Source: Holophagales bacterium UBA2201 (GTDB lineage Bacteria > Acidobacteriota > Thermoanaerobaculia > UBA2201). Taken from it: DNA of 47,697 nucleotides. The DNA is taken from assembly GCA_002327305.1 (NCBI GenBank), contig DCUZ01000103.1, forward strand, positions 18,102-65,798, given 5' to 3'. The translations under genes and the position numbers were made by a program. Under the pieces are notes generated by a model. The model saw nothing but the letters and a program-made list of their open reading frames with translations, was not told the DNA's origin and searched no databases. Shown one piece after another: positions 15,802-24,235 of this stretch. Position 1 is the first letter of the stretch, and each line of letters opens with the position of its first letter.

Positions 15802-16827
15802 ATGGGAAGCGTCAAGGACTTGGACATCCTCGCACCGCCCACCCCGGACCGCGCCGGCACGGGCCGCTTCCGTTTTTCCGACCGCTATTCGGTGTTCGAC
15901 TGGGGCGGGATGCCCGACGCCATCCCCGACAAAGGCCGGTCCCTGGCCCTGATGACGGCCCACTTCTTCGAGCGCCTGGAGGCGATGGGAATCGGAACCC
16001 ACTACCGCGGCGCCGTCGAGGACGGCCGCGCCCGCTGGTTGGCGGACCTCGCCGGCCCCTCCGACACCCTCGAGGTGGCCCTGGTCCGGGTGCTGCGGCC
16101 GGAGCGGACGGCCGACGGGTCGTACGACTACTCCGCCTACCGCGGCGCCCCCGCCAACTGCCTCGTCCCCCTCGAAGTGATCTACCGCAATTACCTCCCC
16201 GAGGGGTGCAGTTTTCTCAAGCGCCTCAAGACGGGGACCGTCCGGCTGGAGGACCACGGCCTGACCGCCGTCCCGCCCCCCGACCGGCCCCTCCCCCGGC
16301 CCATCCTCGACTTCTCCACCAAACTGGAGCCCACCGACCGGTACCTCTCCCCCGCCGAGGCGCGCGCCATCGCGGGGTTCACCGACGACGAGTTCGCCGC
16401 CTGCCTCGACCTGCTCCGGGCCGCCAACGGCCTCATCTCCGCCGAGTGCCAGCGCCTCGGGCTGGTCAACGTGGACGGCAAGATCGAAATGGGTTTCGAT
16501 CGGGATCGGCGCCTCCTGGTGGTGGACGCCCTGGGAACGCCCGACGAGTGCCGGTTCACCTTCGACGGCTTTCATGTGAGCAAGGAGGTGGCGCGCGCCC
16601 ATTACCGCAGGACCGACTGGTACGCGGCGGTGGAGCGGGCCAAGGCCTCGGGCGGCGGGGATTGGAAAGCCGCCGTGCCCCCGCCACCGCCCCTGCCGCC
16701 CGAACTGCGCGGGGCCCTCGCCGGGATGTACCGCGCCCTGGCCAACCGGATCACCGGCCGGGAGTGGTTCCCCGGGGCCCCGGCCCTGGGGACGGTGGTG
16801 GGGGACCTGAGGGGGATGACCGCTTGA
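15802..16827 (+). CDS. purC: SAICAR synthetase, long form
   Basis: GSVKD, SDRYSVFD, IPDKG, PLEVIYRN, DFSTK, VDGKIEMG, DALGTPDECRF, SKEVAR. Confidence 0.9.
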   Translation: MGSVKDLDILAPPTPDRAGTGRFRFSDRYSVFDWGGMPDAIPDKGRSLALMTAHFFERLEAMGIGTHYRGAVEDGRARWLADLAGPSDTLEVALVRVLRPERTADGSYDYSAYRGAPANCLVPLEVIYRNYLPEGCSFLKRLKTGTVRLEDHGLTAVPPPDRPLPRPILDFSTKLEPTDRYLSPAEARAIAGFTDDEFAACLDLLRAANGLISAECQRLGLVNVDGKIEMGFDRDRRLLVVDALGTPDECRFTFDGFHVSKEVARAHYRRTDWYAAVERAKASGGGDWKAAVPPPPPLPPELRGALAGMYRALANRITGREWFPGAPALGTVVGDLRGMTA

Positions 16828-17792
16828 CCGCCATCGTGGAGGCGACCAAGGGCAACATCCTCAAGGCCGCCCGGCTCATCAACCAGGGGAAGATCGTGGC
16901 CTTCCCCACCGAAACCGTCTACGGATTGGGGGCCAACGCCTTCAACGCCGACGCCGTGGCCCGCATCTTCGAGGTGAAACGGCGCCCCCGTTTCGATCCC
17001 CTGATCGTCCACATCGCCCATTTCAAGTCCCTCTCCCAGGTGGCGGAGACGGTCCCCAAGGAGGCCGAGGCCCTGATGGAACGCTTCTGGCCGGGCCCGC
17101 TCACCCTGGTCCTGCGGAAGAACCGCGGCCTCCCCGACCTGGTCACCAGCGGCCTCCCCACGGTGGCGGTGCGCATGCCCAGCCATCCCGTGGCCATCAG
17201 CCTCATCTCCCTGGCCGACACCCCCATCGCCGCCCCGTCGGCCAATCCCTTCGGCTCCCTCTCGCCCACCGAGGCGGCCCAGGTGGCCCAGGGGCTCAAA
17301 TACGGCGTGGACCTCATCCTCGACGGCGGGCCCTGCTCCGTGGGCATCGAGTCCACCATCCTCAAATTGGACGGCGGCCAGGCCTACCTCCTCCGCCCCG
17401 GGGGGATCCCTCTCGAGGACCTTGAAAAGGCCGCCGGCCGGAAGATCTACATGCGCGCATCCTCCATCATCGAGGCGCCGGGGTCTTCGCCGACCCACTA
17501 TGCCCCCCGCACCCCCCTGCTCCTCGTCAAGCCAGGGCAATTCCCCCGGGAATTGAAGGGGAGAAAACTGGGGCTCCTGGCCTTCTCCGAACCCCACCAC
17601 GAGGAGTCGTTCAAGGCCGTCCAGGTCCTCTCCCCCTCGGGAGATCTCATGGAGGCCGCCAAGAACTTCTTCACCTCCCTCTTCTGGCTGGACGCCCAGG
17701 GGCTGGATTTCATCCTGGCCGAGGAACCCCCCCTCAAAGGGCTGGGCCTGGCCATCATGGACCGCCTCAAGAAGGGCGCCAAGCGCAAATAG
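16824..17792 (+). CDS. sua5: L-threonylcarbamoyladenylate synthase (Sua5 type, with C-terminal SUA5 domain)
   Basis: AFPTETVYGLGA, KRRPRFDPLIVH, FWPGPLTLVL, APSANP, HYAP; TTG start overlaps the purC stop (TTGA). Confidence 0.92.
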   Translation: MTAIVEATKGNILKAARLINQGKIVAFPTETVYGLGANAFNADAVARIFEVKRRPRFDPLIVHIAHFKSLSQVAETVPKEAEALMERFWPGPLTLVLRKNRGLPDLVTSGLPTVAVRMPSHPVAISLISLADTPIAAPSANPFGSLSPTEAAQVAQGLKYGVDLILDGGPCSVGIESTILKLDGGQAYLLRPGGIPLEDLEKAAGRKIYMRASSIIEAPGSSPTHYAPRTPLLLVKPGQFPRELKGRKLGLLAFSEPHHEESFKAVQVLSPSGDLMEAAKNFFTSLFWLDAQGLDFILAEEPPLKGLGLAIMDRLKKGAKRK

Positions 17793-17821
17793 CGCCCCGA
17801 GGCGTCCGAAGAGCCGACGGC

Positions 17822-19216
17822 ATGATCAAACGCAAGGGCCGCAATCTGCGCAACCTCCTCCTGGCCGGGGACCTGGGGTGCGCCGCCCTGGCCTTCTGGG
17901 CCTCCTTCGAGGCCCGATTCCGCCTGTTCGAGGCCCCCAAGGGGATCCCCGACGCGGGGCCCTATTGCGTCCTCCTCGCCCTGTTCCTGGCCGCGATGGC
18001 CCTCTCGGGCTCTGCCGCGGGCCTGTATAAACTGCTGGGGACCCACTCCCGCATCGAGGAGACCTTCAAGGTCGCCTTCGCCGCCCTCCTCGCCTTCGTC
18101 TCGGTCATGGCGGTCCTCCAGTTCTACCGGGAGTTCACCTTTTCACGGCTCTTCCTGGCCCTCTTTTTCGGAGCCCTCGTCACCGTTTGGGCGGGATGGC
18201 GGTTCGCCTTCCGCGGCCTCCTGCGCCGCCTTCACCGCCGCGGCCGCTTCTGCGACCGCGTCCTCATCATCGGGGCCGGCTCGCTGGGGCGCCTCCTGGC
18301 CGACCACCTCCTCACCCACCGTGAGATCGGCCTCTCCATCGTGGGGTTCCTCGACGACGACCCCGCCAAGGCGGGAATGGCGCACGAAGGCGTGGAGGTG
18401 CTCGGACCGCTGGAACGCCTCGGGGCGGTCCTCGAATCGGGGGAGGTGGACGCCGCCTACATCGCCATTCCCATGGGCCACCGCGCCGCAGTGGAGCGGC
18501 TGGTGGAGACCCTTCACTCCGCCTACGTCTCCGTCTACTTCATCCCCGACGTGGTGGAACTGCTTAAACTCCGGTCGGCGGTGGAGGACCTGCACGGCCT
18601 CCCCGTCATCCACCTCAGCGCCTCCCCCCTGGCCGGGTGGGGCGCGGTGGCCAAGCGGATCCTGGATGTGCTCCTGGGGCTGGCGGGGACCGCGGCCTTC
18701 CTGCCGTTCTGGACCCTCATCGCCCTCCTGATCAGACGCCAGGACGGCGGCCCGGTCTTCTACCTGCAGGACCGCATGGGCCTCGACGGCCGGCGGTTTA
18801 GGATGATCAAGTTCCGGTCCATGAGGGTGGACGCCGAGGCCGAAGGTCCGCGGATGGCCGAGCGCGACGACGACCGCCGGACGCCCATCGGCGCCTTCCT
18901 CCGCCGCTGGTCGCTCGACGAGACGCCGCAGTTCCTCAACGTCCTCAAGGGGGAGATGTCGCTGGTGGGACCGCGGCCCGAACGCCCCGAGTTCGTGGCC
19001 GAATTCGCCGGGCGGATGCCGGATTACGTCCTGCGCCACCGGGTCCGCTCCGGCATCACCGGGTGGGCCCAGGTGAACGGCCTGCGGGGAAAAACCAGCA
19101 TCCGCCGGAGGCTGGAGTACGACCTCTACTACATCCAGAACTGGTCGCTCTGGTTCGACGTCAAGATCCTCCTCCTCACCCTCCTGCGGGGTTTTAAAAA
19201 CCAGAACGCGTATTAA
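17822..19216 (+). CDS. Undecaprenyl-phosphate hexose-1-phosphate transferase (WcaJ/WbaP family)
   Basis: Four N-terminal TMs, Rossmann-like VLIIGAG, KFRSM, SLDETPQFLNVLKGEMSLVGPRPE, GITGWAQVNG. Confidence 0.92.
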   Translation: MIKRKGRNLRNLLLAGDLGCAALAFWASFEARFRLFEAPKGIPDAGPYCVLLALFLAAMALSGSAAGLYKLLGTHSRIEETFKVAFAALLAFVSVMAVLQFYREFTFSRLFLALFFGALVTVWAGWRFAFRGLLRRLHRRGRFCDRVLIIGAGSLGRLLADHLLTHREIGLSIVGFLDDDPAKAGMAHEGVEVLGPLERLGAVLESGEVDAAYIAIPMGHRAAVERLVETLHSAYVSVYFIPDVVELLKLRSAVEDLHGLPVIHLSASPLAGWGAVAKRILDVLLGLAGTAAFLPFWTLIALLIRRQDGGPVFYLQDRMGLDGRRFRMIKFRSMRVDAEAEGPRMAERDDDRRTPIGAFLRRWSLDETPQFLNVLKGEMSLVGPRPERPEFVAEFAGRMPDYVLRHRVRSGITGWAQVNGLRGKTSIRRRLEYDLYYIQNWSLWFDVKILLLTLLRGFKNQNAY

Positions 19217-19241
19217 GAGCGGTGGTATGATAGTCGCGACC

Positions 19242-21062
19242 ATGCGCGGATTGTTCGCCCTCCTCCTACTGACCGCGGCCCCCCTGGCCGCCCTCGACGC
19301 CTATCACATGACGGTGACGGTGGATCCGGGCGCGCACCGCGTGGCCGGCCGCTCCACCATTCATTGGACCAACCCCGGGACCACCCCCGTCACCCGGCTC
19401 TATTTCCACCTCTACCCCAACGCCTTCGCCTCCCCCCGGACGACCCTGTGGCGCCGGAGCGCCTGGCTCGACGCCCATCTGGCCCACGGCGAGGAGGCCC
19501 ACGGCCGCCTCACCGTCTCCCGCATCGCCCTCGCGGGAGGGGAGCCCCTCCTCCTCCGCCATGAAAGCCCCGACGACGGGAACCCGGACGACCGGACCGT
19601 GGCCTTCGTCGAGCTCCCCACCCCCCTGCCCGGAGGCGAGACCGCCGTCGTGGAGATGGAGTGGGAGACGATCCTGCACCGCTACTATCTGCGCAGCGGT
19701 TTCTCGTCCGACTCGCTCCACCTGATGCAGTGGTACCCCAAGCTGGCGGTTTTCGAGAACGGGCGCTGGATGGCCCGGCAGTTCCACGCCCACACCGAGT
19801 TCTACTCCGACTTCGCCGACTACGCCCTCGACCTCGACCTGCCGGGGGGATGGGATCTCGCCGCCACGGGGAAGGTGCGGCGGGCCGGGGAGGCCGGCGG
19901 CCGCGTCCGGTTCCAAGTCGCCGCGGAGAACGTGCACGACCTCGCCGTGGTGGCCTCCACGGCCATGACGAAGGTGACCGAGACCCTCAAGCCGCGCCAG
20001 GGCGATCCCGTGGAGGTCACCCTCTTCATGCCGCCCGAGTATCTTTACCAGAAGGGGCGGGTCCTGGCCCTTCTCCGGCGCGCCTTCGCCTTCTACGAGG
20101 ACTGGGTCGGGCCCTACCTGTACGATTCCCTCACCGTCGTCTTTCCCACCTGGCCCACCGCCCGGGGCCGGGGCGGGATGGAATACCCCCAACTGATGGT
20201 CTGCGCCACCCGCCATTGGGACCGGCCGGGGGATCTGGAATACCTGCTGGCCCACGAATTCGGCCACCAGTACTTCCAGGGAATGGTGGCCTCGGACGAA
20301 GTGTCGGAGCCCTGGCTGGACGAGGGGTTCACCACCTACACCGCCCTGTGCCTCATGGAGGAGATCCTCCCCCTCACGCGGTCGTCGGTCTCCGTCCTGG
20401 GGGTCCCCTTCCCCCTGTCGGCCTTCCCCATGACGCGGAAGGACGCCGTCACGCGCGACTATTACCTGGACGCGGGCCTCGAAACCATGGGGGCCCCCGG
20501 CTGGACCCACGCCACCTACCCCTCCTACCGGGTCAACGCCTACGCCAAACCCGCCCTGGCCCTGGCGACGCTGGAGAACTACGCCGGGGAGGAGGCGATG
20601 AAGGCCTTTTTGCGCGACTACTTCTCCAAGTTCGCCTTCACCCATCCGCGCGCCGCGGACGTGGTGGGGCTGATGAACAGCCACTTCGGGAGCCACTGGG
20701 GGGGGATCTTCTCCTCCCTCCTCAAACGCCCCGGCACGGTGGACTACCGCGTCGTCTCCGTGGAGACCCACGCCGTGACCGTGGGCTACACCGGGGAGAT
20801 CCACCTCCCGGTGGAGGTGCGGGTCTCCTTCACCGACGGGACCCGGCAGGAGGTCACCTACGAACCCGGCGAACGGGTGCGCCGGTTCGCCTTTCCCGAC
20901 AAGACGGTCAGCCGCGTGGAGGTGGACCCGGGGCGCCGCCTCCGCCTCGACGCCGACCCGCGCAACAATTCCGCCGGGGCCGCCCCCGCACGGTTCGCGT
21001 CCCTCCACCGGCTCTGGATGCGCGCCGCCCATCTGCTGGAGATCTTCGCATGCTGGTGGTGA
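19242..21062 (+). CDS. Secreted M1 family metallopeptidase
   Basis: Signal peptide; GGMEYP; HEFGHQYF...WLDEG (HExxH-x18-E). Confidence 0.9.
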   Translation: MRGLFALLLLTAAPLAALDAYHMTVTVDPGAHRVAGRSTIHWTNPGTTPVTRLYFHLYPNAFASPRTTLWRRSAWLDAHLAHGEEAHGRLTVSRIALAGGEPLLLRHESPDDGNPDDRTVAFVELPTPLPGGETAVVEMEWETILHRYYLRSGFSSDSLHLMQWYPKLAVFENGRWMARQFHAHTEFYSDFADYALDLDLPGGWDLAATGKVRRAGEAGGRVRFQVAAENVHDLAVVASTAMTKVTETLKPRQGDPVEVTLFMPPEYLYQKGRVLALLRRAFAFYEDWVGPYLYDSLTVVFPTWPTARGRGGMEYPQLMVCATRHWDRPGDLEYLLAHEFGHQYFQGMVASDEVSEPWLDEGFTTYTALCLMEEILPLTRSSVSVLGVPFPLSAFPMTRKDAVTRDYYLDAGLETMGAPGWTHATYPSYRVNAYAKPALALATLENYAGEEAMKAFLRDYFSKFAFTHPRAADVVGLMNSHFGSHWGGIFSSLLKRPGTVDYRVVSVETHAVTVGYTGEIHLPVEVRVSFTDGTRQEVTYEPGERVRRFAFPDKTVSRVEVDPGRRLRLDADPRNNSAGAAPARFASLHRLWMRAAHLLEIFACWW

Positions 21063-21877
21063 GGGCGCTCAAGACCGCCCTGAACTGGCGCCTGCTGGCC
21101 CTCCTGCCGGCGCTCCAGTTGCTCTGCGCCCTCCTCCCCGCCCTGGCCGGGGCCCTCCTCCTCGGAGGCCATGCCCCGGTGGAGGGGACGGAGTACGGGG
21201 GGCTGGACCTTTTTCTCGCCCTGCGCCTGGAGCCCGCCGCCTGGGGGGACTGGGAGGCCGCCGCGCGCCTCTTCGACCCCATGGGGATCGGGCGGTTCGG
21301 AACGCTCTTCTCGTCCGGCGCCCTGCTGGGTGTCTTCGCCTGGCAGGCGCTGACCTTTCTCCTCCTGTTCACCCTGCTATGGCCCGGGGCGGTGCGCCTC
21401 CTGGCCGGACGGCCCGGATTTTGGGACACCGTGCGCCGGGCGGCCCTTCCGGTCCTGGGGGTGACGGCGGTCCAGGCGCTCCTTTACCTCCTGGCCTACC
21501 GCCTCCTCCTGACCGGATGGGGGCGCGCCATGCGTTCGACCGTGGACGAAAGCCCCACCGAGTTCCTGGCCATCCTCCTGACGGCCGGCCGCATCCTGGT
21601 CTTTCTGGCGGTGATGCTCTTCCTGAAGTTCGGCTTCGACCTTCTCAAAACCGGCCTCGCCCTGGAGGAGGAGCCCAATCCCCTCAAACTGCTCCCCCGG
21701 GCGTTCCTCACCGCCCTGCGCAACTTCCACCGCCTCGCCGGCGCTTTCCTCCTTTTCGGCGCCCTGGCCTCCCTGGCCGTCCTCGCCGGCGGATTCAACA
21801 TCGTCACCCTCCTCCTGCGCGATTATCTCCTCCTCGCGATGTGGGCGTGCCTGGTGGAGGTGTGGACGCCGCATTAA
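21050..21877 (+). CDS. Hypothetical polytopic membrane protein, coupled to the M1 peptidase gene
   Basis: ATG 21050 overlaps the M1 gene end; several hydrophobic segments; host-like codon usage. Confidence 0.72.
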   Translation: MLVVRALKTALNWRLLALLPALQLLCALLPALAGALLLGGHAPVEGTEYGGLDLFLALRLEPAAWGDWEAAARLFDPMGIGRFGTLFSSGALLGVFAWQALTFLLLFTLLWPGAVRLLAGRPGFWDTVRRAALPVLGVTAVQALLYLLAYRLLLTGWGRAMRSTVDESPTEFLAILLTAGRILVFLAVMLFLKFGFDLLKTGLALEEEPNPLKLLPRAFLTALRNFHRLAGAFLLFGALASLAVLAGGFNIVTLLLRDYLLLAMWACLVEVWTPH

Positions 21878-22019
21878 CCCCCGCCCGACCGCCCGGCTGA
21901 ACGCTTAAGGCTCGACGCGGGAAGGTGGCGAGACGGGCGATGGATGACGGACATTGGATACAGGATGTCGAATATTGCTGGTCCGGTGCGCGTCACCCGC
22001 CCACGGGTGACCGCCGGCC

Positions 22020-22118
22020 GTAGGGGAGGGTTGCCCTCATCCCGTCCCCCCGGCAAACCCTCCCGGTGGCCTGAAGGAGGCGCATGATAACTGTCATGCT
22101 GACGCAAGTCAGCGTCTC
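22020..22118. repeat. REP-like palindromes in the 415-bp convergent intergenic region
   Basis: GTAG-GGGAGGGTTGCC...GGCAAACCCTCCC (22020-22064, similar to 353-385) and TGTCATGCTGAC-GCAA-GTCAGCGTCTC (22092-22118). Confidence 0.65.
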
Positions 22119-22292
22119 GGACCGTTCCGCAGTGCATGAATAATTGTGGCCGGAGCGATAGATGTCGAACAAAGGGGCAGGGCCGGGCGATTTTGACGCG
22201 ACGGATGGAGGGAAGGAGCCGCTCGCTTGTCCTTTTGGACGCCCGTCCCCGTCAGGACCGGCGGAAGCCGGCCCTGCGATGCGGAACCGCGC

Positions 22293-23021
22293 CTATCGCA
22301 CCCACTGGAAGGTGCGCTCCCAGCGGGTCTTGGTGAAGAAGTTGGGAAAGACGGAGATCATGTCCCAGCCCTTCCCCAGCATGGAGCGGTGGGGATCGTA
22401 ACGGGGCGCGTCGTAGGACCAGTAGATGATCCACCCGCGCCCGGCGATGGAGGAGCGCGGGACGAACCCCCAGAACCGGCTGTCGTTGGACCGGTCCCGG
22501 TTGTCGCCCATCACGAAGTACTGCCCTTCGGGGACCCGGAACTCCCCCTGGTTGTCGCGCAGGCGCAACAGGTCGGGAAAGGAGGGGTCCGGGGGAAAGA
22601 CCGTGTCGTCGGCGAAGACGGCGTAGGGCTCCTCCAGCGCCTCCCCGTTGACATAGATCGTCTTGTTGACGATGGAGACGGTGTCGCCGGGGAGGCCGAT
22701 GGCCCGCTTGACGAAGAAGAAACCGGGGTCTTTGGGGTACTTGAACACCACCACGTCGCCGCGTTCGATGTCGCGGAACGGGAGGATCGTCTTGAACAGG
22801 GCGTTGCCGGGATCGCGGAAACCGAACTTGTCCACGATGAGGTGGTCCCCCACCAGCAGGGTCCCCACCATGGATTCCGTGGGGATCTTGTAGGTCTGGA
22901 AGATGAAGATCTTGACGAACGAGGCGAAGATCACCGCCACGAGGATGGCCTCGTAGTATTCGCGGAACTTGTCCTTCTTGGGCGGGGCTTCGGGGGCGGG
23001 GGCGGCTTCCTTCTTTTTCAT
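22293..23021 (-). CDS. lepB: Signal peptidase I
   Basis: IPTESMVGTL (catalytic Ser), RGDVVVF, FVKRAIGLPGD (catalytic Lys), GDNRDRSNDSRFWG. Confidence 0.95.
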   Translation of the reverse strand: MKKKEAAPAPEAPPKKDKFREYYEAILVAVIFASFVKIFIFQTYKIPTESMVGTLLVGDHLIVDKFGFRDPGNALFKTILPFRDIERGDVVVFKYPKDPGFFFVKRAIGLPGDTVSIVNKTIYVNGEALEEPYAVFADDTVFPPDPSFPDLLRLRDNQGEFRVPEGQYFVMGDNRDRSNDSRFWGFVPRSSIAGRGWIIYWSYDAPRYDPHRSMLGKGWDMISVFPNFFTKTRWERTFQWVR

Positions 23022-23046
23022 GGCCCGCTATGATACCATATCCGCA

Positions 23047-23754
23047 ATGCTTTCCATTGTTATCCCCTTTTATAATGAAGAGGCCGTGGCCGAGGGTGTT
23101 TTGACGGAAATTCTGGGCGTTATCCGGCCCCTGGAACGGCCCTTCGAGGTGATCGCCGTGGACGATGCTTCCACGGACGGCACCCCCCGTCTGTTGACCC
23201 GCCTGCGGGCATCCAATCCCGAACTTCGCATCCTGCGAGCGGCCCGGCGCGGCGGGCAGTCGGCCGCCCTTTCGGCGGGATTCAAGGCCGCCGCGGGGGA
23301 GATCATCGTCACCCTCGACGGCGACGGGCAGAACGACCCGGCCTCCATCCCCGCCCTCCTCGCGGCGTTGCAGGGGGCCGACCTGGCCGCGGGGGTACGG
23401 GCGCAGCGCAGGGACACCGGCTGGAAGCGCTTCTCCTCGCGCGTGGCCAACGCCTGCCGCCGCCGGGCCCTCGACGACCCGTTCCGCGATGTCGGCTGCG
23501 GCCTCAAGGCCTTCCGCCGCGAAGTGCTGGAGGGCATCCCCCATTTCAAGAACATGCACCGCTATTTTCCCCTGCTGGCGCTGTGGCAGGGGTTCAGGGT
23601 CGTCGAGGTGGAGGTGGGGCACCGCCCCCGGGCGGGCGGGACCTCGAAATACGGCACCTGGGACCGCCTCACCGCCGGCCTGGCCGACCTGCGCGGCGTG
23701 AAGTGGCTTAAGAAGCGGCTGATCCGCTATCCCGTGGAGGAGATGAAACCGTGA
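23047..23754 (+). CDS. Glycosyltransferase family 2, polyprenol-phosphate glycosyltransferase (DPM1/ArnC-like, without C-terminal TMs)
   Basis: SIVIPFYNEE, VDDASTDGT, TLDGDGQNDP, DVGCGLKAFRR, HRYFP, HRPR. Confidence 0.9.
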   Translation: MLSIVIPFYNEEAVAEGVLTEILGVIRPLERPFEVIAVDDASTDGTPRLLTRLRASNPELRILRAARRGGQSAALSAGFKAAAGEIIVTLDGDGQNDPASIPALLAALQGADLAAGVRAQRRDTGWKRFSSRVANACRRRALDDPFRDVGCGLKAFRREVLEGIPHFKNMHRYFPLLALWQGFRVVEVEVGHRPRAGGTSKYGTWDRLTAGLADLRGVKWLKKRLIRYPVEEMKP

Positions 23755-24035
23755 AGATCGAGATCCCGACTATTTGGTTGGTCGTCGGCTTCGCCGGCCA
23801 GGCCCTGTTCAGCATGCGGTTCCTTATTCAATGGATCGCTTCGGAGCGGCGGAAACAGAGCGTCATCCCCATTGCCTTCTGGTGGTTTTCCCTCGCCGGC
23901 GGCCTGGTCCTGCTGATCTATGCCATCCATCGCAGCGACCCCGTCTTCATCCTCGGCCAGACGGCCGGTGCCTTCATCTATTTCCGCAACCTGATGCTCA
24001 TTCACCGCAAGCCGGCGGAAGCGGCCCAAGCCTGA
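23751..24035 (+). CDS. Small membrane protein with lipid A biosynthesis N-terminal (LAB_N) domain
   Basis: GFAGQALFSMRFLIQWIASER...SVIPIAFWWFSL...DPVFILGQ...YFRNL; GTGA overlap with the GT2 gene. Confidence 0.88.
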   Translation: MKIEIPTIWLVVGFAGQALFSMRFLIQWIASERRKQSVIPIAFWWFSLAGGLVLLIYAIHRSDPVFILGQTAGAFIYFRNLMLIHRKPAEAAQA

Positions 24036-24052
24036 GGGGTGATGGGGTTCTG

Positions 24053-24081
24053 TTTACCTATCACCTTGATTTTGCTATAAT
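24053..24081 (+). promoter_or_regulatory. sigma70-type promoter upstream of the acyl-CoA dehydrogenase
   Basis: TTTACC-N17-TATAAT with extended -10 TG. Confidence 0.6.
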
Positions 24082-24115
24082 CTGCACCTCACGCCCGGGA
24101 AATCATGGGGCTGGG

Positions 24116-24207
24116 GACTTGAAACCTGAAACTTGGAACTGAAACGCGCAGGCTAAAGCCTGCGGCTACTTTGCATCTGATACGCGCAGGCTAAAGCCTG
24201 CGGCTGC
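24116..24207. repeat. Heptamer array followed by a tandem REP-like pair
   Basis: gacttga aacctga aacttgg aactgaa; then ACGCGCAGGCTAAAGCCTGCGGCT at 24144 and 24182 (minus strand GTAG/GCAG-CCGCAGGCTTTAGCCTGCG). Confidence 0.85.
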
Positions 24208-24235
24208 GTAAATATATCGGTTAAGGAGCGCGTCC

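Noticed and set aside
15786-16823. 668-aa N-terminally extended Sua5, and similar extensions of the kinase (879 aa), PilD (347 aa) and membrane protein (738 aa)
   Set aside because: The extensions are alternate frames over upstream genes; real starts overlap or abut the upstream gene ends (16824, 37184, 37909, 21050)
21878-22292. Structured ncRNA (tmRNA, RNase P, 6S, SRP) in the 415-bp intergenic gap
   Set aside because: No conserved signature of these RNAs recognised; the hairpins are explained by REP-like elements. An Rfam cmscan would settle it
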